From: a virus
Reading direction: 5' to 3' (one strand)
DNA: 64,000 nt
IMG/VR virus record: IMGVR_UViG_3300018080_000165
Location: 12,078-76,077 of that record
Below, piece by piece: positions 8,842 to 16,787 of the stretch (positions are counted from its first letter, which is position 1; each line of letters begins with the position of its first letter). The translations under genes and the position numbers were made by a program. The notes under the pieces are model-generated. The model saw only the letters and a list, made by a program, of their open reading frames with translations, was not told the DNA's origin and did not search any database.

Positions 8842-9264
8842 CTACTCTCCTTTGTCTTCTTCGGATTTTTCACCTTCATCTTCCTTGGGCGCTTCTTCAG
8901 GGGATACGACAGTCTTCGGAGGAGCGTCAAAGACGTACTCGACAGTCTTGTTCTTTACGGCTTCGGTGAAATTCCGAAACATGTTCACGCAATCGACACG
9001 GTTCTCGTAGCCTTGCCCGCCTTGCGAGCCGGTGCCGAAGAGATAATTCCCGTTGGCACTGTACACGCTTACCTCGTGTTTGGCTTTCTTTCCCTTTCCC
9101 TGCCTGCTGAACACGACTTGATGAGTCATCTTTCCTGAAATCGCCATTGATTCGCTCCTTTCTTTCTCTTCAATCTTACTTCTCCAAAAAGCAAAAAACG
9201 ACAATGCTCCCACAAGAGCTATGATCGTGAGCGCATACATTAGGTCTACCATGTGATCTCTCAT
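8842..9264 (-). CDS. Membrane-anchored protein with YegP/DUF1508-like segment
   Basis: N-terminal TM helix; VYSANGNYLF...GQGYENRVDC resembles DUF1508. Confidence 0.5.
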   Translation of the reverse strand: MRDHMVDLMYALTIIALVGALSFFAFWRSKIEEKERSESMAISGKMTHQVVFSRQGKGKKAKHEVSVYSANGNYLFGTGSQGGQGYENRVDCVNMFRNFTEAVKNKTVEYVFDAPPKTVVSPEEAPKEDEGEKSEEDKGE

Positions 9265-9309
9265 GGTTTTACTCGCTCGTGATTCGAAGTTCTCCAAAAC
9301 AGCGCGTCG

Positions 9310-9599
9310 TGGCTCCCCCGCCTGGATTCGAACCAGGAATCGCGGATTACGCAGAAAGACGGAGCCTCCCAACAGTAACGGCACGATGACAAACAGCACA
9401 GAGCAACACGCACTTCTCAGCTTCTTTCCGCAGTCGTTCATATGATTCATTACACCCAGCAATTACAAATAGCTTTCGTATGCCTTTTCGATGATGAAAG
9501 TCAAAGCCTTCTCGCCCATCTCGCGTCGGCGTTTTGTCTTCGTCCCTTTCTGCATTTTCAATCTCCTTCGCCGTCGTGATACCATTTCACCACAGGGAA
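9310..9599 (-). tRNA. tRNA-Asn-like gene interrupted at the anticodon loop by a 221-nt insert (probable pseudo/split tRNA)
   Basis: 5' half 9599-9571 TTCCCTG-TG-GTGAAATGGTATCAC-G-ACGG; 3' half 9349-9310 TAATCCGC-GATT-CCTGGTTCGAATCCAGG-CGGGGGA-G-CCA; acceptor stems pair. Confidence 0.75.
9347..9570 (-). pseudogene. HNH endonuclease C-terminal remnant inside the tRNA
   Basis: Frame reads FDFHHRKGIRKLFVIAGCNESYERLRKEAEKCVLLCAVCHRAVTVGRLRLSA*, no ATG start. Confidence 0.7.
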
Positions 9600-10166
9600 T
9601 CATTTTATGTGCTCCAGGATTTCATCCTTGACTTGCAAACCCGCTTGCCCGAGCACGACGCAGACTTTGGTCGCCGCATGGATGTCACCAGTTCCCGTGC
9701 ATACACACGCATGGTGGGCCTTGGAGAGAACGCAAACGGCTTCAGGTTTGAGCCTTTCTTCAAGCTCTGCGGCGATTCTATGCGTGAACTCTTCTTGAAG
9801 AGTTCCGACCTTCGAGAAGAATTCAACCAACTGTGGAAGTTTCGAGAATCCGACGATGTGTTTTCCTGGTAAATAACCGATTCCGACTGTCCCATAGAAC
9901 GGCACGAAGTGATGTTGGCAGATCGATACGAAACAGATGTCTCGCATGACAACGATGTCGTTCCCTCTTGATTTGAACAACTTGAAGTCGAAAGGTAATC
10001 GGTGAGGATAGCGATCATTGATCTTGTCCTTGTTCGCTGTCATCTGTTCAAGCATCTTGACGACACGCCGGGGAGTCTCCAGCGTTTCGTTCTTCAGCTT
10101 TATGCCTAGATGGTGGCACATCCGGGCATAGGCTTTTTCAGCCGATTTACGCTTTCTGGCGTTCAC
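9600..10166 (-). CDS. folE: GTP cyclohydrolase I
   Basis: ETPRRV, SICQHHFVPFYG, VGFSKL, LQEE, HACV. Confidence 0.92.
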   Translation of the reverse strand: MNARKRKSAEKAYARMCHHLGIKLKNETLETPRRVVKMLEQMTANKDKINDRYPHRLPFDFKLFKSRGNDIVVMRDICFVSICQHHFVPFYGTVGIGYLPGKHIVGFSKLPQLVEFFSKVGTLQEEFTHRIAAELEERLKPEAVCVLSKAHHACVCTGTGDIHAATKVCVVLGQAGLQVKDEILEHIK

Positions 10167-10848
10167 AGAACTCCTCCCAACCCTTCTTTCGGAGTAAGCA
10201 AGCTGGACATTTTCCGCATCCGTGTCCCCAACTGTGTTTGCCTAACCCTGTGTTATAGCAAGTCGCTGTTTCAGTCAAGATGGTTTCCAGAACGCCCAAC
10301 TCATCCGCTGCTTCAAAGATGCGCGCCTTCGTCATGTTTATTAACGGCGTGAACAGGCGCACAGTGTTCTTAGGCAATCCCAAGGCGAAGTTGATAGCGT
10401 CTTCACACGCAGCAACAAACTCATAACGGCAATCAGGATAGCCGCTGGAATCCGCTTGGCACACGCCGCTGTAGATGTGCTCTATCCCCCGGCTGACGGC
10501 CACTCCGGCAGCGATAGAGAAGAACACCATGTTCCGGCCAGGAACAAACGACGTGGGCAATCCCTTGAACCTCTTGCTTTCCTCGATCTTCTCAAAACTG
10601 TACCCTGTCAGAGCGGAATCGAGGAGTGCTCCGTAGTTCTTCAAATCAACGGTGTCGTGCTTGCGGACTTCGAAGATTTTCCCTATCCGCTTTGCTTGGA
10701 GCAGTTCCATCTCATGCCGCTGGCCGTAACAAAAAGACAGAGCATCCACGAACGGATACTTGAAGTTCCGTTTCATCAGCGCAAGACAGGTTGCCGAATC
10801 CTGTCCGCCGGAAAGAAGAATCAGTGCGCCTTTTTGTCCTGATTCCAT
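10147..10848 (-). CDS. queC: 7-cyano-7-deazaguanine synthase
   Basis: SGGQDS PP-loop, YGQRH, FVPGRN, DSSGYPDCR, TCY...CGKCPAC. Confidence 0.93.
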   Translation of the reverse strand: MESGQKGALILLSGGQDSATCLALMKRNFKYPFVDALSFCYGQRHEMELLQAKRIGKIFEVRKHDTVDLKNYGALLDSALTGYSFEKIEESKRFKGLPTSFVPGRNMVFFSIAAGVAVSRGIEHIYSGVCQADSSGYPDCRYEFVAACEDAINFALGLPKNTVRLFTPLINMTKARIFEAADELGVLETILTETATCYNTGLGKHSWGHGCGKCPACLLRKKGWEEFCERQKA

Positions 10849-11519
10849 TTCTTGTACACCTTCTGTGCAGAGGTTATCGCGGAAGCCCGAACCAAACATG
10901 CGAGGCACACTTCGCAACCTTTTGGATCGTAGTTGCAGGAATTCGTTTTTTCAAGATCGATGCCGAGACTAAGCGCGAGCAAAGCAACTTGATGCTTCTG
11001 GAATCCGCATTCAAGAAACGGCGCTCGTATCTCGGTGATTTCGTCTTTCGTGAAGCCGCCGACTTCCTGAAGTTCCCGATACGTGTCAAGGAAAGCGGAA
11101 GTGCGATCCGAATGCGGTTCCTCCTCTTCGTGATGGAAACCCACGAACAGGTCCATCTCTTCTATGCTGGCCAAACAAGCGCCCTGTGTGATGAGGAAAG
11201 TGTTCCTTCCGTTGATGTAGTCCTTGGCAATGGAACTGCGTCCAGGTTCTATCTTCTCGCCAAAGCGGAAAATCGGCCCGCCTTTGACTTCATCTTTCAT
11301 CGGTATGTCAGCCCTGTGCCTCACCAAGAATCCTCTCCCGAGAACTCCTTGATGATACTCGACGTACTCTATGGACTTTTCTGTTGTCACTTGCCCGAAG
11401 TCAACGACCAAGTTGATGATCCGTTCTTCAGGGTTCACTCCGTACACAAAGGGGTTCTTTGCGATGGCATAGAACAGCGCGGTAGAATCTAGTCCTCCAG
11501 AAGCCAGGATCACGGGCAT
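10821..11519 (-). CDS. Divergent QueC-family paralog
   Basis: SGGLDS, FGQ, INGRN, APF, NSC...CEVCLACLVR; YPDCR replaced by HSDRT. Confidence 0.85.
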   Translation of the reverse strand: MPVILASGGLDSTALFYAIAKNPFVYGVNPEERIINLVVDFGQVTTEKSIEYVEYHQGVLGRGFLVRHRADIPMKDEVKGGPIFRFGEKIEPGRSSIAKDYINGRNTFLITQGACLASIEEMDLFVGFHHEEEEPHSDRTSAFLDTYRELQEVGGFTKDEITEIRAPFLECGFQKHQVALLALSLGIDLEKTNSCNYDPKGCEVCLACLVRASAITSAQKVYKKWNQDKKAH

Positions 11520-11923
11520 TTTCTTTCTCCTTCCGCTGTGCAACGTATCCTCACACCGCCGCGAGAGTTGAACGTGGTACTCACACTCACAGTCAAAGGA
11601 TCGATGGCTTTCAAGAAGTCATCTCGAATCCTTGCTGTGATGCTTTCCTGAAACGCCTTGAAGTTCCTGTAGCTCCCCAAGTACAGCTTCAGCGACTTCG
11701 ATTCACAGATGCTTTCGAAAGGCGTGTACTGTATGTCGATTGCCCCGAAGTCCGGTTGTCCCGTCACCGGACAGAGAGACGTGAACTCTTCGAAAGAAAT
11801 GCAGATACTCGGCGTTGGATGCTTCACTTGGAAAGGAACGCCTACGAGCAAGGATGGCGAATATTCTTCTGGAAACGGAACCACTTTGCCGAGCGGGATG
11901 TCTTCCATGGCCGTACCGTCCAC
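11510..11923 (-). CDS. queF: NADPH-dependent preQ0 reductase (unimodular)
   Basis: EFTSLCPVTGQPDF catalytic Cys, QueF motif ESKSLKLY, RGG. Confidence 0.9.
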   Translation of the reverse strand: MDGTAMEDIPLGKVVPFPEEYSPSLLVGVPFQVKHPTPSICISFEEFTSLCPVTGQPDFGAIDIQYTPFESICESKSLKLYLGSYRNFKAFQESITARIRDDFLKAIDPLTVSVSTTFNSRGGVRIRCTAEGERKCP

Positions 11924-11933
11924 TGCGGAGAGT

Positions 11934-11989
11934 AAAAGAAAAAGGCGAGTATTTCTAGCGTCCGCAAACGCTAACGGTTGACTCGCCTT
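11934..11989 (-). terminator. Intrinsic terminator upstream of queF
   Basis: AAGGCGAGT...ACTCGCCTT stem with inner TAGCGT/ACGCTA helix followed by TTTCTTTT. Confidence 0.7.
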
Positions 11990-12006
11990 CCCCCTACAAC
12001 GAATGC

Positions 12007-12162
12007 TTACGGTCGCGGGGGACGCCTTCGCTTGCCAGCCTGCACGCCCAGGCGCTGTCTGCCACGGCCTGCCGCTGCACCCCCACGGCGACGGCCTGCA
12101 CGAACGCCTCGACGCCCTTTGCGGCCTGCCGCTGCTGTTCCCCCCTTTCCTCCCCCTGGCAT
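12007..12162 (-). CDS. Protamine-like Arg/Gly-rich peptide (51 aa)
   Basis: GAGGAGG RBS; MPGGGKGGTAAAGRKGRRGVRAGRRRGG...KRRRPPRP. Confidence 0.75.
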   Translation of the reverse strand: MPGGGKGGTAAAGRKGRRGVRAGRRRGGAAAGRGRQRLGVQAGKRRRPPRP

Positions 12163-12213
12163 GATCGCCTCCTCTCTTCCTTGTACCGGCCTGAGTGCCA
12201 GTACGACGATCAC

Positions 12214-12242
12214 AGCCTAGTAGAATCCCGGCTTCCCGTCAA
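12214..12242 (-). promoter_or_regulatory. Putative sigma70-like promoter
   Basis: TTGACG-N17-TAGGCT in intergenic gap. Confidence 0.5.
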
Positions 12243-12703
12243 GCGGACGGCTTATCCGAACTTGCTTCTTGAGGGGTTATTTTATGCACAGGACGCCAGT
12301 TTGCAACCCTGAAATTCTTGTGATTCTCAGGAACCACACTCACAAGGCGCAAAACTGAGCAATCTTTGATGATTTTTTCCTTCGTTTCCCGGTTCTCGAC
12401 TACGACGCTCGTCCAGTAGGGGATACAGGCGACACGCAGCCTGGAACGCTTGGTGACGAAATCCCTGTTGATGGCCCTGCATGTGATGATCGCGCACTTG
12501 TACGCTTGGTGGCCCGCGTTCGCCCCGAGAAAGACGAACTCGATAGGGCGCACTCCCCGTGCCCACAGGTTGTAGGCGTCCATCCCTATCTTGAAAACTT
12601 GGGTCGCTCCGCTGATCCTCACAGACCCCCGGTGGTAGCTGTACTCAGCCTTCTTCACCGAGCCGGTCTTCTCTTCTTTGATGTTCCCGTTTGCTTCCGG
12701 CAT
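12239..12703 (-). CDS. SpoVS-like (Alba-fold) protein
   Basis: FLGANAGHQAYKCAII and VACIPYWTSVVVENRE align with SpoVS IGAGALNQAVKAVAI and LICIPAFTDIQIDGEE. Confidence 0.65.
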   Translation of the reverse strand: MPEANGNIKEEKTGSVKKAEYSYHRGSVRISGATQVFKIGMDAYNLWARGVRPIEFVFLGANAGHQAYKCAIITCRAINRDFVTKRSRLRVACIPYWTSVVVENRETKEKIIKDCSVLRLVSVVPENHKNFRVANWRPVHKITPQEASSDKPSA

Positions 12704-13059
12704 TGTTCCATCCTCGCTTTCGGCAGTAGGGCAGCAATGGTTTTGATGTCTCCCGGATCGATCAACACAAGGAACTGAGGGCATCCCTTCTGTCTGTGTT
12801 GTCGCCGTTGGGCCAAGGCCACGATGAGAGGCTTACCCTCTTCCTGTGCCTTGGGAAGCTGCTCCTTCCACAGCTCCACAGCCGCGTGCTTGTCGCGGTA
12901 CTTCGTTTCGATGTAGAAGTGAGGGCTACGGGAGTCTGATTGGGTGTCGTGGCCCGAGTTGCTACCAGACAGAGGAACGCGCTTGGTTCCGAAGAACGCC
13001 GCTACATCGGCTTCGACCTTCTTCCAGTGCTTCGATCTCTGCTTCGCTGTGCGGGCCAT
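12655..13059 (-). CDS. Hjc-like Holliday junction resolvase
   Basis: E...RVPLSGS...SD...IETK PD-(D/E)XK pattern. Confidence 0.75.
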   Translation of the reverse strand: MARTAKQRSKHWKKVEADVAAFFGTKRVPLSGSNSGHDTQSDSRSPHFYIETKYRDKHAAVELWKEQLPKAQEEGKPLIVALAQRRQHRQKGCPQFLVLIDPGDIKTIAALLPKARMEQCRKQTGTSKKRRPAR

Positions 13060-13080
13060 GACTCTCTCCTGATCTGCCGA

Positions 13081-13108
13081 AGTCTACGAGGTTTTCACCG
13101 CCTGTCAA
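13081..13108 (-). promoter_or_regulatory. Putative promoter
   Basis: TTGACA-N16-TAGACT in intergenic gap. Confidence 0.5.
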
Positions 13109-13156
13109 CCATTTCCTCTTCGACTTCTCGTTGATGACTCGGCTTTCTCCGGCAAC

Positions 13157-13648
13157 TCAAGCTCGACTAGAGCGTTCATACTCGACACTCCTTCTGCTTT
13201 GATCGCGGCTCAACGCCTTGGATTTCCGGTCGTAGTTGTCCACTCGCGTTTCAAGGGCGATTTTCATCGCCTCAAGTTCCTCGCACCTACGGACCAACTT
13301 TTGAATCTTCGGATCAAGGTCCATCTCCGCATCCTGTTCGTACTTCTTTTTCCCTCCGCTTGCGAATCGAATCCTCGCCCTTGCCGTGCGCAAACTTCTT
13401 TGCGCACCGATCAACTGGATTCTCGTTTTGGCGAGATGATCGTTGGCATAGGCATACCACGCCACCATAGCCGTGTAAGCTCGTTGCAGCCTCTTGGGCG
13501 GCAGGCGTGTAGGGTCAATCGGCATTTGCGCCGTGCTGTCCTTCGGCTTGTCCGTATCGACGATACCTACAGCGCGAATGCGGCGCTCCGTTTCTTCGAG
13601 GATGGTCCTTTTCTTTTTGCTTTTCGTCCCTTTGCGTTTTTTAACCAT
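13157..13648 (-). CDS. Coiled-coil protein, possible UvsY-like recombination mediator
   Basis: Helical heptads with DLDPK turn; in recombination cluster. Confidence 0.5.
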   Translation of the reverse strand: MVKKRKGTKSKKKRTILEETERRIRAVGIVDTDKPKDSTAQMPIDPTRLPPKRLQRAYTAMVAWYAYANDHLAKTRIQLIGAQRSLRTARARIRFASGGKKKYEQDAEMDLDPKIQKLVRRCEELEAMKIALETRVDNYDRKSKALSRDQSRRSVEYERSSRA

Positions 13649-14475
13649 TTCCTTCCCTTTCTCTCATCCCAACAAATGTTGGTGTAGAAACATCCCTTGC
13701 AAGGAAAACGGTGCACAGACTCCCCTTCCCTCTTCGGCAACTTCCGGTTGTCCACGTGGTCACGGAGATAATCCAAACGCTTCTTCCGTTTCCTTTCGTC
13801 GCTCTTGTTGAACTCGAAAAACGTCTCGCGCAACGTTTGATCGTTCTTGTTCTCGTAGATGAACACGGCACGATGAATCTTCAAGTGCTTCATGTACATG
13901 TGAATCTGCTGCTTGTACCCTTCCTTCCCGTAATGCCGTCCAAGGTTCTTGAAGCCGTAGTCATTGATGGATTTGAAATCGACGATGTACTTCTTCCCCT
14001 TTAGACTCACTATGGCGTCACAGGTTCCTTGTTCATCGCCGACAGTGAAGGGAACTTCGATGTCATCTATCGTACAAAGGCCCATTCGGACGAAGAGGAC
14101 TTGCATTCGCAAGTGAAGCGAATCGCCCGTGGCAAAGATTCGCTGTGACTTGGCGATGTCCGCGATACCACCCATCGGAGGTTTGTTCTTGGGTGCGCGC
14201 ATGGATTTGTAGACAGTCCTTCTAGCGCATCCCCCGATAGCGGAAGGATGATAATACTTGTCCCTGTAGTCTTTCTTCGCGGCCTTCCACTGCTTGAACT
14301 TGCGTTCGGCCAATGCCAGTTCGATCTTTGCTTCGGCACGCCGAATGTCAACGTCCGTTATTTCCCGGCGCATGAGGGCCATCTGTTCATCGTAAAGGAA
14401 GCGATCAATGACGTTGATGAACGAGACTTTCCTCTTCTTCATCTTGTTCACGTCTTTCCACAGGTTGCGAAGCAT
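13567..14475 (-). CDS. Cas4-like PD-(D/E)XK exonuclease, ends AAFAL
   Basis: PSAIGGC...G..H...D...DFKS...QIHMY...CKGCFYTNIC four-Cys pattern. Confidence 0.85.
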   Translation of the reverse strand: MLRNLWKDVNKMKKRKVSFINVIDRFLYDEQMALMRREITDVDIRRAEAKIELALAERKFKQWKAAKKDYRDKYYHPSAIGGCARRTVYKSMRAPKNKPPMGGIADIAKSQRIFATGDSLHLRMQVLFVRMGLCTIDDIEVPFTVGDEQGTCDAIVSLKGKKYIVDFKSINDYGFKNLGRHYGKEGYKQQIHMYMKHLKIHRAVFIYENKNDQTLRETFFEFNKSDERKRKKRLDYLRDHVDNRKLPKREGESVHRFPCKGCFYTNICWDERKGRKWLKNAKGRKAKRKGPSSKKRSAAFAL

Positions 14476-14869
14476 TCTTCTTTGACTCCCTGTATTTGTC
14501 GATCTGACCCTTAGCTTCTTTCAAACCAAGACCTGTTCTGGCACGGTACTTCTTGACGGCAGGAATGATTCCATCCTGAATGTGTTTATCGACCAGCTTC
14601 TTCTCTTCCTCGTTCAATTCTGGAAACGTACCAACACGAACGGCCTTGGTGATCTCCGGGTACGCTTGCCACACATGAGCCGCCCGAGTAGTGACCACGC
14701 GATGCTCCGTTCCGGGAGCGTAGGCGTCGATATACTTCTGAAGTGTTCTTTTCTTGTGCGCCGTCACAAGATCGACAGTTTCATATTCGAAGCCTTTTCC
14801 TTTGATAGTTCGCAAAAGTCCGTAGTAAGTCCGCTTCGTCCTTGTACCAAACCCCATTGCGCTAGCCAT
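14405..14869 (-). CDS. Protein with ribosomal L7/L12 C-terminal-like domain
   Basis: IIPAVKKYRARTGLGLKEAKGQID. Confidence 0.7.
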   Translation of the reverse strand: MASAMGFGTRTKRTYYGLLRTIKGKGFEYETVDLVTAHKKRTLQKYIDAYAPGTEHRVVTTRAAHVWQAYPEITKAVRVGTFPELNEEEKKLVDKHIQDGIIPAVKKYRARTGLGLKEAKGQIDKYRESKKNASQPVERREQDEEEESLVHQRH

Positions 14870-14979
14870 GATCGTTTCTCCTTTCGGTCAGTGAAAATGC
14901 AAACGCGGGTTCAAGGCGTCGGCTCTCCCTCTCCCCCGCGTTTGCAAGCCGCCCGTCCCAGGGGGCAGCCGTTTTCCAA

Positions 14980-15414
14980 CTAGTTACCCAATGTTTGTGC
15001 ACAAAATGTACACAAATTAACCTTCTTGACGCAGCATCCATCACACACACGTTGCCCACACGAAGGGCATGTGCTCAATTCCCATGGAGGTGTAGAAGAA
15101 ATACAAATAGCACAAAAATGATCGTCATCATCTAACTCATCATCTAACTCATCATCGTCTTCAACTTCTGCGTTGGCTTTTTCAATACACTCATCACAAT
15201 GCCCATCACACTCGTTGTCGCAGCCACAAACGGTGTCAAAACAATCAGAACAAATAGGCTTTTTCTCAGTTTCCATTTCAATGAAAAACACACAAAACGG
15301 ACACGTATTCTGTCCGCACACACAACACTTACGGAGTTCTGTGCCCGCCCTTCCGCAAACACCGCATTTGCAACTATCGGGCATTCGCTCTCCGGTTAAT
15401 CCGTCTTCGATCAT
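14980..15414 (-). CDS. Cys-rich multi-Zn-finger protein with acidic linker
   Basis: Many CxxC pairs in two clusters; AT-richer DNA than flanks. Confidence 0.7.
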   Translation of the reverse strand: MIEDGLTGERMPDSCKCGVCGRAGTELRKCCVCGQNTCPFCVFFIEMETEKKPICSDCFDTVCGCDNECDGHCDECIEKANAEVEDDDELDDELDDDDHFCAICISSTPPWELSTCPSCGQRVCDGCCVKKVNLCTFCAQTLGN

Positions 15415-15697
15415 TCCGTGTCCCTTTCGCGTTCGCACTTCTTGAAACCGGACGAAGATTCGATGAAGCGTTTTTGCTTGTCGGCCCGCCCTGAATGTTG
15501 TGGTTCTTCTTGTCCCGCGTCACGGGCTTGACATGGCCAACAAGTTTTCCCGTCCCGCGTAACTTGTCCCGCATCTTTGCCATGTTCGCCCATCTTCCGT
15601 CCTTCCAGTTCGATCCCGCCTTTCCCTTCTTGCTCCCTGAACCTTTGCCGCCCACTGTTACGCCCTCCTTTTTCTCTGCTTCGTAAGCCAGCCCCAA
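15374..15697 (-). CDS. Basic protein, degenerate HNH/NUMOD-like
   Basis: GSNWKDGR and VGH...NLRPVSRSAN. Confidence 0.45.
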   Translation of the reverse strand: MGLAYEAEKKEGVTVGGKGSGSKKGKAGSNWKDGRWANMAKMRDKLRGTGKLVGHVKPVTRDKKNHNIQGGPTSKNASSNLRPVSRSANAKGTRNDRRRINRRANAR

Positions 15698-16234
15698 GAT
15701 CGACCAAGTTTGATGTCTGTAATCGTAACTTGATGAACACCAAACTTCCTAGAGATTTCAGTTGGGCCTTCACCTTGCGCTAACAATCGACAGATACGGC
15801 GCACATCTCTTTCCTTCAACTTAGCCCCGTTTTGCTTCGATCCTTGAACATGCGTTCCGTGCCGCTTTTTGTCAGCTATGTTTTCTTTCTTAGTCCCCCA
15901 AACCAAATTGCCGATCCTGTTATTGGCCGGGTTCCCGTCCAGATGACGGCATTCCATGCCTTCAGGACACGGGCCGACGAAAGCAAGAAGCACAAGACGG
16001 CAAACCTTGAAGTTGAACGACTTGTTGCTAAGGCTAAACGTAATGATCGGTCTTCCGTTTTCCGAGATGTTGTGCGGGCGTATCCTGGCCGTCTGGCCGA
16101 TGAAGTGTCTAAAGCCACGACACGCCCCCTCTTGTTTTTCGCGCCCAAAAAGAACGCACACGTCCCTGGTCGGAGACTTCATATCCTTCCCATCCGGGAA
16201 TGGGCTTCCAGATTTCTCTCTTCCGCCCGCCCAT
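15658..16234 (-). pseudogene. NUMOD4-HNH homing endonuclease with a frameshift
   Basis: ATG 16234 gives MGGRKREIWKPIPGWEGYEVSDQGRVRS (NUMOD4); HNH (CRHLDGNPANNRIGNL) is in +1 frame after a G5 run at 16125-16129. Confidence 0.75.
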
Positions 16235-16245
16235 CGCTCTCCTCC

Positions 16246-16476
16246 TCAATCTCCGTTCACTGCTTCAAACTTGAACACTTCCCCCGGCAAAAAGTTCTTG
16301 GCTTCTTCCTTGGGCACGAATATACGAAGCTTTCCATCGTCCACGTCTACACAGTTTTCCTTTCCATCCTGTGTGTATCGCAAACACGCGGAAAACAACA
16401 CACTGTAAGCGTTATCGGCCATACTTTCTCTTGCGATGCCTTCCACACGCAAATCAACTTCCTTTAATATCAACAT
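16246..16476 (-). CDS. Hypothetical protein
   Basis: ORF with AGGAG RBS. Confidence 0.6.
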   Translation of the reverse strand: MLILKEVDLRVEGIARESMADNAYSVLFSACLRYTQDGKENCVDVDDGKLRIFVPKEEAKNFLPGEVFKFEAVNGD

Positions 16477-16786
16477 TTTTTTCTCCTTTCAGGAACTCGA
16501 CAAGATCGGGATTGAAAACGGCAAACACATCATCCTCTTCTTTCATAACTTCGACAACTTCTTCGACAGTAGGCGTAGGGCGTTCTCCGCATGAGTACCT
16601 TGCATCCATCACGTAACGCTTCGCTTCCACTTCCCGCAACTTCGTAAAGAGAGGATGATTCCGAACAAACTTATCCGCTTCGTTCTTGCAAGGACAACAA
16701 ATATATGCCGTGATTCCTCCTCGAAACTTTGTCATTTCCCTGCCGAAAAGACCGGCTGCTCTTCCACATCGCTCACACTTGTTCAT
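16454..16786 (-). CDS. Zn-binding hypothetical protein
   Basis: CERC...CCPC. Confidence 0.65.
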   Translation of the reverse strand: MNKCERCGRAAGLFGREMTKFRGGITAYICCPCKNEADKFVRNHPLFTKLREVEAKRYVMDARYSCGERPTPTVEEVVEVMKEEDDVFAVFNPDLVEFLKGEKNVDIKGS

Positions 16787-16787
16787 C

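Noticed and set aside
9350-9570. Group I intron in the tRNA
   Set aside because: Insert ends in G before U36, but no P7/core elements are recognisable and the 5' anticodon-loop bases are missing
11934-12000. preQ1 riboswitch upstream of queF
   Set aside because: No match by eye to preQ1-I stem/A-rich tail; only a terminator-like hairpin is supported
13567-14475. Cas4 as sign of a CRISPR system
   Set aside because: Solo Cas4-like nucleases are common in phage recombination modules; no other cas genes
14905-14940. Similarity GAGAGGGAG...GCCTTGAACC with 46490-46515
   Set aside because: Short, purine-rich, different spacing; likely chance
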